A DNA stretch of 64,000 nucleotides, from NCBI RefSeq assembly GCF_018350175.1, contig NC_058368.1:215514001-215578000 (forward strand). Direction: 5' to 3'. Under the pieces are notes generated by a model that saw only the letters and a program-made list of their open reading frames with translations, had not been told where the DNA came from and did not search any database. Source of the DNA: Felis catus. Lineage: Eukaryota. Position 1 is the stretch's first letter; each line of letters opens with the position of its first letter. Of the stretch, positions 13,241-26,740 are shown one piece after another. The translations under genes were made by a program, and so were the position numbers.

Positions 13241-13352
13241 CATATATATATATATATGTATATATACATTATATATATTCTATATATACATATATACATT
13301 ATACATATATATAATATGTGTGTATATACATATGCAATGTATATATACATAA
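13241..13352. repeat. (TA)n-rich simple repeat
   Basis: Degenerate TA/CATA tract. Confidence 0.9.
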
Positions 13353-13767
13353 TATTTGTAAACAGGGATCATATAGGTTTTATTAAAAAATAGCCATGTC
13401 TCTGGTACAAAACTTAAAAGAATAGTTGGGTTCAAATTATGTTTCTGAGATATAGACTAAGTTTACCCACTCAGGTGGCTAACATTGTTTAAAAATTTTC
13501 TATTTGCATACCATAAAGATTTTTTAGAACTATTTTGTAGTCATTTTATCTCTTAGAACTTCTGAATACTAAAATATGCATTTCTTTGTCTTTGACCAGT
13601 TTGAGAAACTCTCAAATAATTATCTCAGTTAAAGGTTTCTCAAAAGGGCCACTACAATTACAAAAGTGCACTCCTTTTCCCTAAATAGTCCATAGACCAG
13701 GTAGAGTCATCTTTGCCTTTAGATTCCCTAAGACGTCTAACTATGAGGTAGCCTGTTTTCCAACAGA

Positions 13768-14212
13768 TTTTGAACAGAATAGGGTGACTTACCAAGAAAC
13801 TTCAACAAATACATGTTCCTCTTGAACCTGTAAATGTGGCATTATTTAGAAATAGATTATGATGGGGTTATGCTTATAAAAGTGGACCCTAATTCCAAAG
13901 ACTAGTATCTTTGTGAGATTAAGAAGGAAACTTTGATGCAAAGACACAGAAAAATACAGATAAAAGATGGCCATCTAAAAGATGAGGCAGAAATTGTAAT
14001 GATGTAACTTTGAGCCAAGTCATGCTAAGGATTGTTAGTGAACTGCCAAAGCTGAGGCAAAAAAAGATTCTTCCTTGAAAATTTCAGGGAAAGTGTTACA
14101 GGACTGACATTTTCATTTCAGACGTCTCCCAGAGTATAACAAAACAAACTCCTATTGGTTTAAGCCACCCAGTTGTGGTAAATCATTATGGCGGCTCTAG
14201 GAAGCTAATACA
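13768..14212 (+). mobile_element. MLT1 (MLT1C-like) MaLR LTR
   Basis: Typical 3' end taagccacccagttgtgg...ggaagctaataca. Confidence 0.8.
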
Positions 14213-15249
14213 CTATTCATCCCTCTACTTCATCTTGCATTCAAATCCTCTGTAAGCCTTCTCTAACAGCCATGAAGCCATGTGCCTCTCTGTAGTACTC
14301 TCATTGTGCCCTTTGCATTGTCATTCATAGCACTGAACACATTATATTAAAATTCCCTGCCAATGAGTTTGCTTCCATAGTGTTTTTAACTATTTAATTG
14401 TGTATGATACTGTGCAACAATCTGTGCACATGAAATTGAACACTTTGCAGAGTTTTGACATATGAATGTACCTGTCAGAATATTACCTAATCAACACACC
14501 ACACTGTTCTGTTGAAAATGACTATTTGATAAAATAGATCTTAATTATTTAACAGTGAAAGTAGAATAACTTTTGTCCACCGGTGCCCTTACTTGTGACA
14601 AGGACAATGCTGGCAAAGATATAAAGTGAAGTGCATGTAAAAATAATATGAAATATTGAAATTAACTTGATCATTAAAATAGAAAATGTTTGTACAAAAT
14701 GCAAATTATTTATAATACATTTTGACTAATACTATTAAAGGAGATTCCTCTGCAAATGAAATGTGTTCAGTATTTTGCTAACAAATTGCATGTCAGTATT
14801 AATTATGATTGTGAAAGATAAATATACACAATAAAAGAGAGCTCATTAAAGATAGATTCACTCCATTATTTTCTTAATTATTTTTAACCATAATATATTC
14901 TTTCCAGAAATAAAACTTGCTTGAAATTTGCAAATATTTAAATGCTCATTTTCTTCACAGACACCATTTATACAAGAACTTCATACAATGCATTTACACA
15001 TAAAGCACTTCTAGGGTACAAAACCACATTTTAATTATATACTATCAGCTAATGATATCTGAATAAAGCACACATATAAAAACAATTTCAGGAGAAATCT
15101 AAAACTCTATTGGAGTTTTAAAATCAAACAATAGGTAACTCTATGAAATAGAAAAAGGAAGGTAATTTACTAGACAGAAATTTCATACATTTGTCCAAAT
15201 TAAATACATTTAATCATAAACATGACTTAAAGATAAATGATTATATTTT

Positions 15250-15355
15250 GTGAAAATTATTATTTCTTTTGCTTTAGCTTGAATGAATTCAGATAATCTA
15301 GCACAGTAAATTGTTCCCATAATTTGAACATTATACTTATTTTATTTAAAAGATA
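15250..15355 (-). pseudogene. Candidate decayed EF-hand exon
   Basis: Reads YLLNK/KYNVQIMGTIYCARLSEFIQ, second-EF-hand pattern G-x-I-x-(Y). Confidence 0.3.
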
Positions 15356-15364
15356 TACCTAACA

Positions 15365-16400
15365 GGACTTCTTGTTTCAGCCCTAACACACACACACACA
15401 CAAACATTGAAGTCATCCATCTAAGACACACAACAGGAAAATCCTGAAAAACCCAGAAATTAATGCATAATTTAGTACTAAATATGGAATCCAGTTTGTA
15501 GGGCAAATCACCATTCCAAAGTCTAGAAAAACAGGTAGACTCACATGGTCACAGCAAAAATCTGCTTACCTGGAGAAAAAGCTACAGAAGCCATGAAATG
15601 GTAGGGCCTCTGTAGTGGTAACATTGATTAGTCCATCAAGTCCAGCAGCAACTTGAGTGTTGAGTGAGAAATTCCTGGGTGCTACATTCTTTAGGGAACC
15701 CCCAAATTTCATGAGTTTTATATCTAGAAATATCCCAAGTTTCTCTCATAATGAAGAGTCAAGAAAATCCTCTCTGGTGTTAGGAATGGGGAAGGTAACC
15801 ATATTAGTTTCTTAGGGCCGCTGTAACAAATCATCATAAATCTAAGACTTAAATAATAGAGATGTATATCTTACCGTTCTGGAAGCTAGAGGTTAAAAAT
15901 CAATTTCACTGACCTGAAAGGGTCAACAAGGCTGTTCTTCCTTAGGAGACTTGAAGGGAGACTTCATTTCTTGCTCTTCCAGGTCCTGGTGGCTGCTGTA
16001 TCCCTGACGTATGGCCATATCATTCCAATCTCTGCTTCTGTGGCCACATTGTCTCCTCTTCCTTTACATGCTTCTTATGAGGACACATATGATTAAATTT
16101 AGGGCCCACCTGGAAGATTGATGATAATATGCCTAATGTCAATACACTTAATCACATCTGCAAAGAGCTTTTTGCCTTCTGAGTTAACAATTACAGGTTC
16201 CAGTGATTAAGACCTGATATCTTTGAGTGGCCATTATTCCATCAATAGCATACACATTTTCAAATATTCACAGAATATTCTCCATGACAATAAGCTAATC
16301 TATGAGCAAAGACTTTACTTGTTTTATCTTACCTGAGGAAGAGCATTTATCCCAAATCAGTCCCATTTAGCATTCTTGTCTTACATAAATTAAAAAAAAA
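15365..16400 (+). mobile_element. Old L1 5'UTR region interrupted by an MLT1 LTR
   Basis: ggacttcttgtttcagccc start typical of old L1 5' ends. Confidence 0.5.
15801..16250 (-). mobile_element. MLT1 MaLR LTR
   Basis: tattagtttcttagggccgctgtaacaaa...gttctggaagctagagg...cttaatcacatctgcaaag. Confidence 0.85.
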
Positions 16401-16604
16401 ATGTATAAAGATGTCTTAACTATGAGGGATCCTGTTTTCCAACAGCTGTTGTAAAACTTAAGGAATAATGTATTTTCCATGCTTTTGAACAGAATAGGGT
16501 GACTTAAACAAAACACATGTCCATCTTGAACTTGTGTACGTGACATTATTTAGAAATGGAATTGGTGCAGATGTAATCAAGTTATGATGGGGTCATGCTT
16601 GATA

Positions 16605-18718
16605 CAGTTATCCCATGGATGTAAGGGTAGTTCAGTATCTTCAAATCAATCAATGTGATGCAGTTCATTAAAAAAAGAAAGGATAAAACCATGGATAATC
16701 AAGGGTCATCATATCTTCTCAATAGCTGCAGAAAAAAGCATTTGACAAAGTACAACATCTATTCATTCATGATAAAAACTTCCAACAAAGGAGGTGTAGA
16801 GAGAACATATCTCAACATAATAAAGGCTACATATGAAAAACCCACAGCTAACATCATAGTCAGTGGTGAAAAACTGAGAGCTTTTCCTCTAAAATCAGGA
16901 ATAACACAAGGATGTCTACTATCACCATTTTTATTCAACATAGTACTGGAAGTACTAGCCACAACAAAGAAGAAAAGAGAATAAAGGGCATCCAGATTGA
17001 TAAGGGATAAGTAAAACTATTTGCAGAAATATTATATATAGAAAACCCTAAAGACTCCGCCAAAAAAGCTACTAGAACTTTTAAATGAATTTAGTAAAGT
17101 CACAGGATACAAAATATACAGAAATTAGCTGCATTTCTATACACTAATAAAAATCAGAGAAATTAAAACAATCTCATTTGAAATTACATCAAAAAAATAA
17201 AATACCTAGGAATAAACTTAACCAAGGTAGTGAGGTAAAAGATCTATTCTCCAAAAACTGCAAAACCCTATTATAGAAATTGAAGATGACACAAATAGAA
17301 AGATATTCCATACTCATAGATTGGAAAAACAATACTGTTAACATGCCCATTCTATCCAAAGCAATCTATAAATTTAATCCAATTTCTACCCAAATACTGA
17401 CATTTTTCACAAAGCTAAAACAAATAGTACTGAAATCTGTATGAAACCACAAAGCAATATCAAGAAAGAACAAAACTGGAGGTATCACAATTCCAGATTT
17501 CACAATATACTTCAAAGCTGTAACAAAATAGTAGGTACTCTCACAAAAATACACACATAAATCAATGAAACATAATAGCTTAGTAATAAACCTACATTTA
17601 TATGATTAATTCATGACATAGGAGGCAAGAATATACAATGGGGAAAAGATCTCTTCAACAAATGGTGCTGGGAAACCTGGACCACTTTCTTACACCATAC
17701 ACAAAATTAATTCAAAATGAATTAAACATCTAAGTGTGAGACCTGAAATCATAAAACTCCTACAGGAAAACATAGGCAGTAATTTCTCTGACATCAGGTT
17801 AGCAACATTTTATGGATAGGTCCCCTCAGGCAAAGAAAACAAAAGCAAAAATAATTATTGAGACTATACCAAAAAAAAAAAAAGTGTTTGCACAACAAAG
17901 GAAATTACCAACAAAACAGAACGGCAACCTACTGACTATGAGAAGATACTTGCAAATCATATCTGATTAAGGAGTAATATCCAAAATATGTAAAGAACTT
18001 ATACAACTCAAAGCATATGGACAAAAAACCCTCAAACAGTGATATTAAAAAACGGGCAGGAAATCTGATCAAACTTTTTTTTTTCCAAAGAGGACAGATG
18101 GCCAAGATGACACATGAAAAGATGCTCAACATCACTAATCTTAGGGAAATGTAAATAAAAACTATAACAAATATGACCTTGCACCTTCCAGAATGACTAA
18201 AATAAAAACCAAAAGAAATAACAGATATTGGGTGCCTGAGTGGCTCAGTTGGTTAAGCATCTGACTCTTGATTTTGGTTCAGGTCATCATCTCATGGTTC
18301 TTAAGTTTGATCCCCACTTTGGGCTCTAGAGCTGACAGTGCAGATACTGCTTGGTATTCTCTCTCTCTCTCTGACCCTCCCCTGTTTGTTGTCTATATCT
18401 CTGTCAAAATAAAGATATTAAAAAAAGAAGTTTTGGTAAGGATGTGGAAAAAAAGGAAGCTGAGTGAACTGTTGGAGGTAATTCAAATTGGGGCAGCTAC
18501 TGTGGAAAGTGGTACAGAGGTTCCTAAAAAAATTAAAAAATAGAATTGCACATATGATTGCACAATAATTCTACTAGGTATTTGCCCAAAGAAAATGAAA
18601 ATGCTAATTCAAAAAGATACATGTATTCCTGTGTTTACTGCAGCATTACTTATGATAGTTAAGATATGGAAGCAACCCAAGTGTCCATTGATAGATGAAT
18701 GGATAAAGATATGTATAT

Positions 18719-18754
<36 letters not shown>

Positions 18755-19155
18755 ACACATATTCACAATGGAATATTACTTAGCCATAAAAAAGAATGAT
18801 ATTTTGCCATTTGTAACAACATAGGTGGACCTAGAGGGTATAAGGCTAAATGAAATAAGTCAGAGAAAAACAAATACCATATGATTTCATTCATGTGGAA
18901 CTTAAACAAATAGACCAATAAACATAGGAGACAAATAAACAGACTCTTAAATATAGAGAACTGTAGCCATCAGTTTTTTGGTTGCCAGAGGGGAAGTACA
19001 TAGGGGAATGAGTAAAATAAATAAATGAGATTAAGAGCTCACTTATTTTGATGAGCTTTAAATAATATGTAGAAATCATGTATAGAATTATTAAATCATG
19101 ATATTATAAACCTAAAACTAATATAACATTGTAGGTTAATTATACTTTATTAAAA
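16605..19155 (+). mobile_element. 5'-truncated carnivore L1 (RT, C-terminus, 3'UTR), degenerate
   Basis: [66 protein letters not shown]. Confidence 0.93.
18229..18425 (+). mobile_element. Can-SINE
   Basis: gggtgcctgagtggctcagttggttaagc... Confidence 0.9.
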
Positions 19156-19174
19156 CAATCTCATAGAGAAACTA

Positions 19175-20170
19175 TTTGTAAATTATACAAAGAACTCTTA
19201 AAACTCGATGAAACAAAAAAAATCCAATCAAAATGTGCGAAATATCTGAATAGACACCTCACCAAAGAAGACATTCAGATGGTAATTAATCATTTGAACT
19301 CAAGCTCAAAATCACTTGTCATTAGGGATTTACAGAATAGAATAACACCACGCAGGTACCTACCTATTAGATTACCTAAAATCCAAAACCTGGCAATACT
19401 TGTTGTTAGAAAGCAAGTCGAGCAATGGAAACTATTTTTCTATTTACATGATATTCTGGAAAAGGTAAACTGTAATAATTGTAGAGAAATTGATGACTCC
19501 CAGGTGTCCATGAGAAGGCTGAATAAGTGAAGCTTGGGAAATTTTAGTGTGGTTAAACTACAGTGTATGAGGCAGTAATGATGGCTGCATGACACTACAG
19601 ATTGGTCAATACTCAGAACTTTAGAGCACAATAATTGAACCTTAATAAATGAAAAACAAATTTAAGTCCTTTAACAGAGCAGAGGATTCCAGGATGCGAT
19701 GCAGAATATGGAAAAAAAACAATTCAACTGTATTAGAAATGTGTTATCCTCACTGGAAGGGGTACAAGAGATTGCTAATATAAGCAATTTTGGAGTGAAT
19801 GCAATCTCTTAGACTAAAGGCAATGGAAACTGTACATGAGAACTGCATCCAGTTGATAAAGTTGCTTTTCACGGGTATGGGTTAATAATTCTGATATTAT
19901 ACATAGACACAACTGAATAATTAAATAAATAGATGAAGGATGGTAGGAGTCCGTTTTCTCACTTTTGGAATGGGAGATTGAACATAAGGAAGAAAAAGAG
20001 ACTAAAATAATACGGCTACTGATCAGCATCACAGACTGCAGTATTAACTCATATTTAACTGAATGTGGATACAGATAACCATTTAGAAATATCTGTAGAG
20101 ATGTACATCCATAGAATCGTACTGTTTGGAATACAGTTGAGGTGGAGAGATAGCTGAGATGGCGGGTGTT
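19175..20170 (+). mobile_element. Old L1 (L1MC/MD-like) ORF2 end and 3'UTR
   Basis: gaatagacacctcaccaaagaagac; ttctggaaaaggtaaact; ccagttgataaagttgcttttcacgggtatgggttaa. Confidence 0.7.
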
Positions 20171-21927
20171 GGAGTAATGGATTAAACACAGCAAGCCAAA
20201 ATGAAAGAATTAAGCCTTAGTCACTTACTTCAATATTATAAACAAGCATCTAAACAGGAAGAAGTGACAACACTGTGCTGCATCCCATGTTTCCCTAATG
20301 AATGGTGTGCCAGGCAAAGATCAGGTGGATCAGCAAGACATGAAGATTGTCTTACAGTAGAGGCGTCTTTGAACAAAACATTCCTGCAGATTTATGGACT
20401 GTGAAGCCAGGGGTGCATGGACGATGGTAGGAAGAGAGGAAAGACATGGAAGTAGAAACGTAGTAAGTATTTAAGGGGTACTTAGGATCTATAAGAAATC
20501 CCCTTCTTACCCTGATAAGGAGGTTTCTGAAGACAACTTTGGTTGAGGACCCCAAGTCAAGAAATCTAGAAATGAAGGCACCAGAGCACTGAGTATTGTG
20601 CCATTTAACTTGCCCTATTGTTCTCTTTCTCTCTCTCTTTCTCTGTCTCTGTCTCTCTCTCTCCCTGCTCATGACTAGACAAGAAAACCAACTGCCTGAA
20701 ATCACAGTGAAAAGCAGCAGCATGATAGCACTAAAAGATGCAAATCAGAGCTCTTTTAAGCTCCATTCTCGGTTGTCAATATTTGCCCTGTCTGGTAATT
20801 CCATGAAATTTTCAGTAAAAAAAAAAGTCTTAATTTGACCTGACTCAGAATTCACCAATGGCCAGACATGTTTTTCTGGCCGATCAGTGGCAATTGTTTA
20901 ACATTACAGATATTCCAGACAATAAAAGTTGGAACAAACAATAAGCTAACCAAAAGACTTAAAAAACAAAAATAAAAACAAAAACAAAAAAATGGGGGGA
21001 ATACAAAGTCTACATAAGGCTGTGGACTGTGAATATGTGAATTTTTACATATTCCTAGAAGGTTATGCACAGATTAAAGCCTGAATGTTAAGACTTGTAG
21101 GTATACCACAGCCCACATACAGAAATCCTCAGCAAAAATTGGGAAGGTTATTAATCACAAGCATCTAAGGAAATCACTATAAATACATTAGTTGTTCACT
21201 AAGCTACCCAAAAGGAAATTCCAGTGAAAATTCAATTACAGAAAGAATACATTCTTTACATAATTAACTTTGAAATGCCTCTAAACAAACAAATAGCAAT
21301 AACAACAAATGCTGGAGGCGGTCTGATTTCCAGAATTGTCATATTATATATTATTTAATATATCCATGTTTAAAAACTACAAAATATACAAAGAAATAAG
21401 AAAGTATGGCCAATACAAAGAAAAGGAAGCAGTCAATATAAACCCAGGAAGCTGATGACTTGACTTAAACTCAACACAGACATTAAATCAGTTATCTTAA
21501 ATATGTTCAAAGAACTTAAGAAAAACATATTTAAGGTACTAAGCAAAGTATATGAGTGATATTTATCAAATATAGTGTATCCATGAAGGATGGCAATCAT
21601 TTAAAAAATTAGATGGAAATTTAAAAGTTGAAAATCATAATAAACAGCATGCAGAATTCAGTAAAAGGGCCCCAGAGCAGTTTTTACTTAGCAGAAGAAA
21701 TAACAAATTTGAAGAGAACTCAACTGAGATTATCTCAGTTGATTATCAGATATTACTCAGGTAGTCTCAATTATCTTAGTCTGAGAAACTGAAAGAAAAC
21801 ATTAAAAATATCAAAATTCTCTAAGACTTGTGGCACAATGTGATGAGTATCAACATAGACTTAATGTGATTATCAGAATGAAAAGAGAAAGAAGTCATGG
21901 AAAAAATATTTGAAGAAATAATGGACC

Positions 21928-22130
21928 AGGGTGCCTGGGTGGCTCGGTTGATTAAGTATCCAGCTCTTGGTTTTGGGTCACGTCATGATGTCATGGTTCA
22001 TGAGTTCAAGCCCTGCACTGGGTTCTGTGCTGACAGTGTGGAGCCTGCTTGGGACTCTCTCTCTCTCTCCCTCTCTTTCTGCCCCTTCCCTGCATGTGCT
22101 TTCTCTCTCTCAAATAAACTTAAAAAAAAA
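21928..22130 (+). mobile_element. Can-SINE
   Basis: SINE body; TSD-like aatggacca on both sides. Confidence 0.9.
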
Positions 22131-23827
22131 GACAATGGACCAAAACTTCACAAATTTGATAAAAAGAATTAATATTGCTATCTTTTAAGAGCTCAACACA
22201 CTTCAAATAAGATACACTGAAAGAGATCCACACCAAGTTATAAACATTAACAAAAAGAGAACCTCGAAATTAGCATGAGAGATACAACTCATCACACACA
22301 AGGACTCCACTAAAAGATTGACAGCTTTTTTCATCAGAAACCATACAAGCCAAAAGGCAGTGGAATGATATAGTCAAAATAATATGAAAGAATATTGTAA
22401 TTCAAGAATTATGTATCTAGAACTCTGTTGAAAAAATGGACATTAAGAAAGTCTCAGATTAAAAAAAAAAAAACTGAGGATTTTGTTGCTAACTGACCTG
22501 CTCTAGAGAAAGAAAAACGTACGAATGGTGATCTTTCAGGCTGAAATAGATGACAGCAGACGATTATTTGAATCCTGCGGAAGGCATAAAGAACACCGTT
22601 AAAGATAACTGCATAGGTGAATGGCAGCATAAATGTGGTTTTTGAAGCTTTTTTTCTCCTATATGAATTGAATGACAATTATGAAAATCAATATTTCTAA
22701 ATCTGAACTGTCATGCAGTGTACAAAGATATAATTTTTCTGATAGCAGCACAAAGAAGGGAGAGATAATTAAGATAAAGGAATATATTTTTGTATACTCT
22801 TGAAAATGTTAGTATCAATTGAAGACTGTCATAATTCAAGATGTTAATTGTAAGAACAAGGACAACCATTGGGAAAACATCACAAAAATGTAGTCAAATA
22901 ACAAATGTACATTAAAAAGATACCTATTTGATAAAAAAAGAAAGTAGTAATTTAAAGATAGAGAAACAAATTAAATGTATGACTTATAGAAAGCAAATAG
23001 CTCACTAGGTGACATAAATCTTGCCTCATTAATTCTATTAAATTCTAATGGATTAAATTTACAATAAAAATAAAGATTTGCAGAATGGATAAAATCAAAA
23101 TTTAACATTATGTTGCCTTTAGGAGACAACTGAACTTCAAAACCACAGACTGAAAATAAAATGATAGAAAAAAAAAGCCATGAAACAATAATAAAAAAGA
23201 CCTGCAATGTTTAATATCAGACAAAATAGAATTTAGTGCAGAAATTGTTACTAGAGACAAAGATATTTTTAATGCTAAAAGCTTCAGTTAATTAAAATAT
23301 ATAAATACATATGTACTTCATATTAGATCCCTATAGTACATAAACCAATAATTCATAAATTTGAAGGGAAAGAAATGATTTCAGAAAAATATATGGATAT
23401 TTTTGCACTTTTAATAATGTATAGAATATCTAACATAAGATAATAAATAGATCTGAACTATGTTACAGACCAACTATAAGTAAACATTTCTACAGAACTC
23501 TACCCAACATCACCAGAAAACATATTCATCTTAAGTGCATATAGAATATTCTCCTGAATAGATAATATGTCAGGTCATATTAACAAGTCCCAAAAGTTTT
23601 AATGAAATATTACAAAATATATTCTTCCAATAGAAAAAGGATATATAAATTCAATAACATTCTCCAAGATAACTACTGAGTAAAATATGAAACCACAAGT
23701 GAAATTATAAAATAATTTGAGAGGAGGAGTGAAAAGAAAAACACAGCATACCTAAACATACTAATAAAGCATTTCTTAAGAGAAATTTATTGTTATAAAT
23801 GCTATTTAAAAATAATTTTGAAGGGTG

Positions 23828-24225
23828 GGGAGTTCCAGGGTGGCTCAGTTAGTTGAGCTTACAACTTTGGCCCTGGTCATCATCTCGTGGTTCATAGGTT
23901 GAAGCCCCACATCAGGCTGGCTACTGTCAGTGCAAAGCCTGCTTCCAATCTTCTGTCTCCCTCTCTCTGCCCCTCCCCTGCTTGTGTGCTCACTTTCTCT
24001 CAAAAATAAAATAAACATTTAAAATAATAATTTATTGGGACACCTAAATTTAGGTATCCGACTTCAGTGCAGGTCATGATCTCATGGTTCATGAGTTCAA
24101 GCCCCCACATAGGTCTCTGCTGTCAGCACAGAGCCTGCTTGGGATTGTGGTCTCCCTTTCTCTCTGCCTCTCCTCCACTCTTGCAGCTTTCTATGTCTCT
24201 CTCTCTCATAAATAAACATTAAAAA
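23828..24225 (+). mobile_element. Two tandem Can-SINEs (about 23828-24020 and 24037-24225)
   Basis: Two SINE bodies with A-rich tails. Confidence 0.88.
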
Positions 24226-25215
24226 ACTCTTAAAAATAATTGATTGAATTTATAACCTAATGCTCTCAATTAAGAACTAGAAAAAGAAGAGTAAACTAAT
24301 CTCAAAGCAAATAGAAGATTAGATATAAGAAATACAAGAACAGAGATAAGAGAATAAGTACTATATTTAAAAAAAATCAGTTCAGCAAAACTAAACATTT
24401 GTTCTTCAAGGAGATCAACTAAATTGACAAACTTTCAGATAAACTAATATAAAAAGGGAGAAGACTCAAATTACTATAATCAGACATGAAAGAGGGGGCA
24501 ATACTACTGACTTTACAAAAATGACAAGAATTATATGGAAATACTATAAACAATTGTACACCTAAAATGTAGATAATCCAAATGAAAAAAATTTCTGGAT
24601 AGATAAAAACAACAGAAACTAATTCAAGAATAAATAGACAATCTGAATATACTTGTAACAAGTGAGGAGACTGAATTGGCCATAAAAAATGCTCTACAAA
24701 GAAAATTTTTATACAAGATGATTACTGAAGAATTCTACAAAAGAAGATGAATTTACACTGATACGTAATGTCTTCTAAAAGATAGAAGAGGAAGAAACAT
24801 GGCTCACCTTATTCAAGGGGCCATAAGTACAATGATATTAAAACCAGAGAGAGATATCACGAGAACAGAAAATTATACAACATTATCTCTTATAGACATA
24901 ATATTCCTCAATAAAATATAGCAAGCCAGATTCAGAGCAATATTAGAAGGATTAAACACTATGTCCAAGTGGGATTTATCCAAAAAATACAAGATTGTTT
25001 CAACAAATGAAAGTAAGTCTATGTAAACCACTATATTAAGAGAACAAAAGATATAAAAATGGTCTTAAAAAAAAAAAAGAAGCCGAACACAGAATTCATT
25101 CATTGCTAACAACGAAGACGAAAAGCTTTCTTATAAAGTCAAGAACAAGACAATAATGTCCTCTCTCACTACATCAGTTTAGAGTAGCTCTACAGGCTCT
25201 AGCCAGGGCAATTAC

Positions 25216-25247
<32 letters not shown>

Positions 25248-26044
25248 GAATTAAAGAAAACTCATTGTTAAAGTCATAATAGTGAAAGATTGCTCTCACC
25301 TCATCTATTCTATTCAACTTTGTCCTATAAGTTCTATCCAGGGCAATTAGGAACAACTAGAAATAAATGGCATCTAATTTAAAAAGAAAGAACTAAAACT
25401 GTCTCTATTCAGAGATAATATGCTATTTTATATAGGAAATACTAAGCTTCCCCCAAAATTATTACATCTAATAACTGAATTTATCAAAACTTCAGAGTAC
25501 AAGATTAATAAACAAAAACCAACTGTATTTACAAGCACTAGCCAAAATCAATCAGAAAATGAAATTGACTAAATGATCTCATTTATAATATCAAAAAGTA
25601 AACTATCTAGATGTAGATTTAACAAAAGAAGTATATGACTTTTACATGAAAAACTACAAAATATTGTTAACAGACATTAAAAACTAAAACAAATGCAGAG
25701 ATGTCTTATGTTCATTGTTTGGATGACTTAAAATTGTTAAAAAGGTAAACACCTTAATTATTTCACAGAGTTAACACAAACTTTACCAAAATCCCAGATG
25801 ATAATTTTGCAGAAATTTATAATTGGATACAAAAATTCATATGGAACTGCAAAAAACTCAGAATAGCCAAAATAAACTTGAAAAGGAAACAAAAAGAAAA
25901 AATGAAACAATATTTGAAGATTTATTTTTTTTGTTTCAAAATTTACAACAAAACAACAGTAATCAAGTCTCCATGGATTAGCATTGATACAGACATAAAG
26001 ATAGAATAAAAGAGTATAGAAATAAACACTTTTAAGTTTAATTA

Positions 26045-26232
26045 ATTTTTTAAAGTTTGCTTTTGAGATAGAGAGCACATGGCATGTGCACAGGGGAGGA
26101 GTAGAGACAGAAGGAGAGAGAAACAATCCCAAGCTGGTTCCACAGTGTCATCATGGGAGCCCAACGCGGGGCTTGAACTCATGAAACATGAGATCATGAC
26201 CTGAGTCAAAATCAAGAGTTAGATGCTTAACC
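26045..26232 (-). mobile_element. Can-SINE, 5'-truncated
   Basis: Antisense SINE; flank taagtt(t/c)aattaattt repeated. Confidence 0.85.
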
Positions 26233-26519
26233 CTAAGTTCAATTAATTTCCCCTAAGTTCAATTAATTTTGATAGGGGTGTCAAGACAATTCAAGGGGGG
26301 AAAGAATAGTCATTAAACAATTGTCCTTAGAAAGTGGATAGCCACATGCCAGTAATAATGTTGAACCTGTACCTTATACAATATACCAACAAATATACAA
26401 ACAAAACTGAAAATAGATAAAAGACCAAAGTGTAAGAAATAAAATGATAAAATTCTTAGAATTCATACACCTCTTTATGTTGCTGGATTACATGAAGTTA
26501 TATCTTCTTCAATGAGATT

Positions 26520-26740
26520 TGTTAAAATTTTTTAATGTTTATTTATTTTTGAGAGAGAGAGTGTGTGTGTGTGTGGGGGGGGGAAGTGTCAGAGAGAGAG
26601 AGAGAGACACAGAATCCAAAGCAGGCTCCAGGCTCTGAGGTGTCAGCACAGAACCCAATGCAGGGCTCGAACTCACGAACCATGAGATCATGACCTGAGC
26701 CGAAGTCAGACACTTAACCGACTGAGCCACCCAGGCGCCC
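26520..26740 (-). mobile_element. Can-SINE (Fc-type)
   Basis: Perfect 16-bp TSD catgaagttatatctt at 26491-26506 and 26741-26756. Confidence 0.95.

Larger units (their letters stand above)
10510..13730 (-). mobile_element. ERV1-class (MER4/MER34-like) internal fragment without visible LTRs
   Basis: aaacttggcctg...gtgcagcaagaa...cataaggaatctcagattggacttttaaaa...ggctaggaggcc resembles MER4-group internal sequence; contains three SINEs and a (TA)n tract. Confidence 0.6.
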
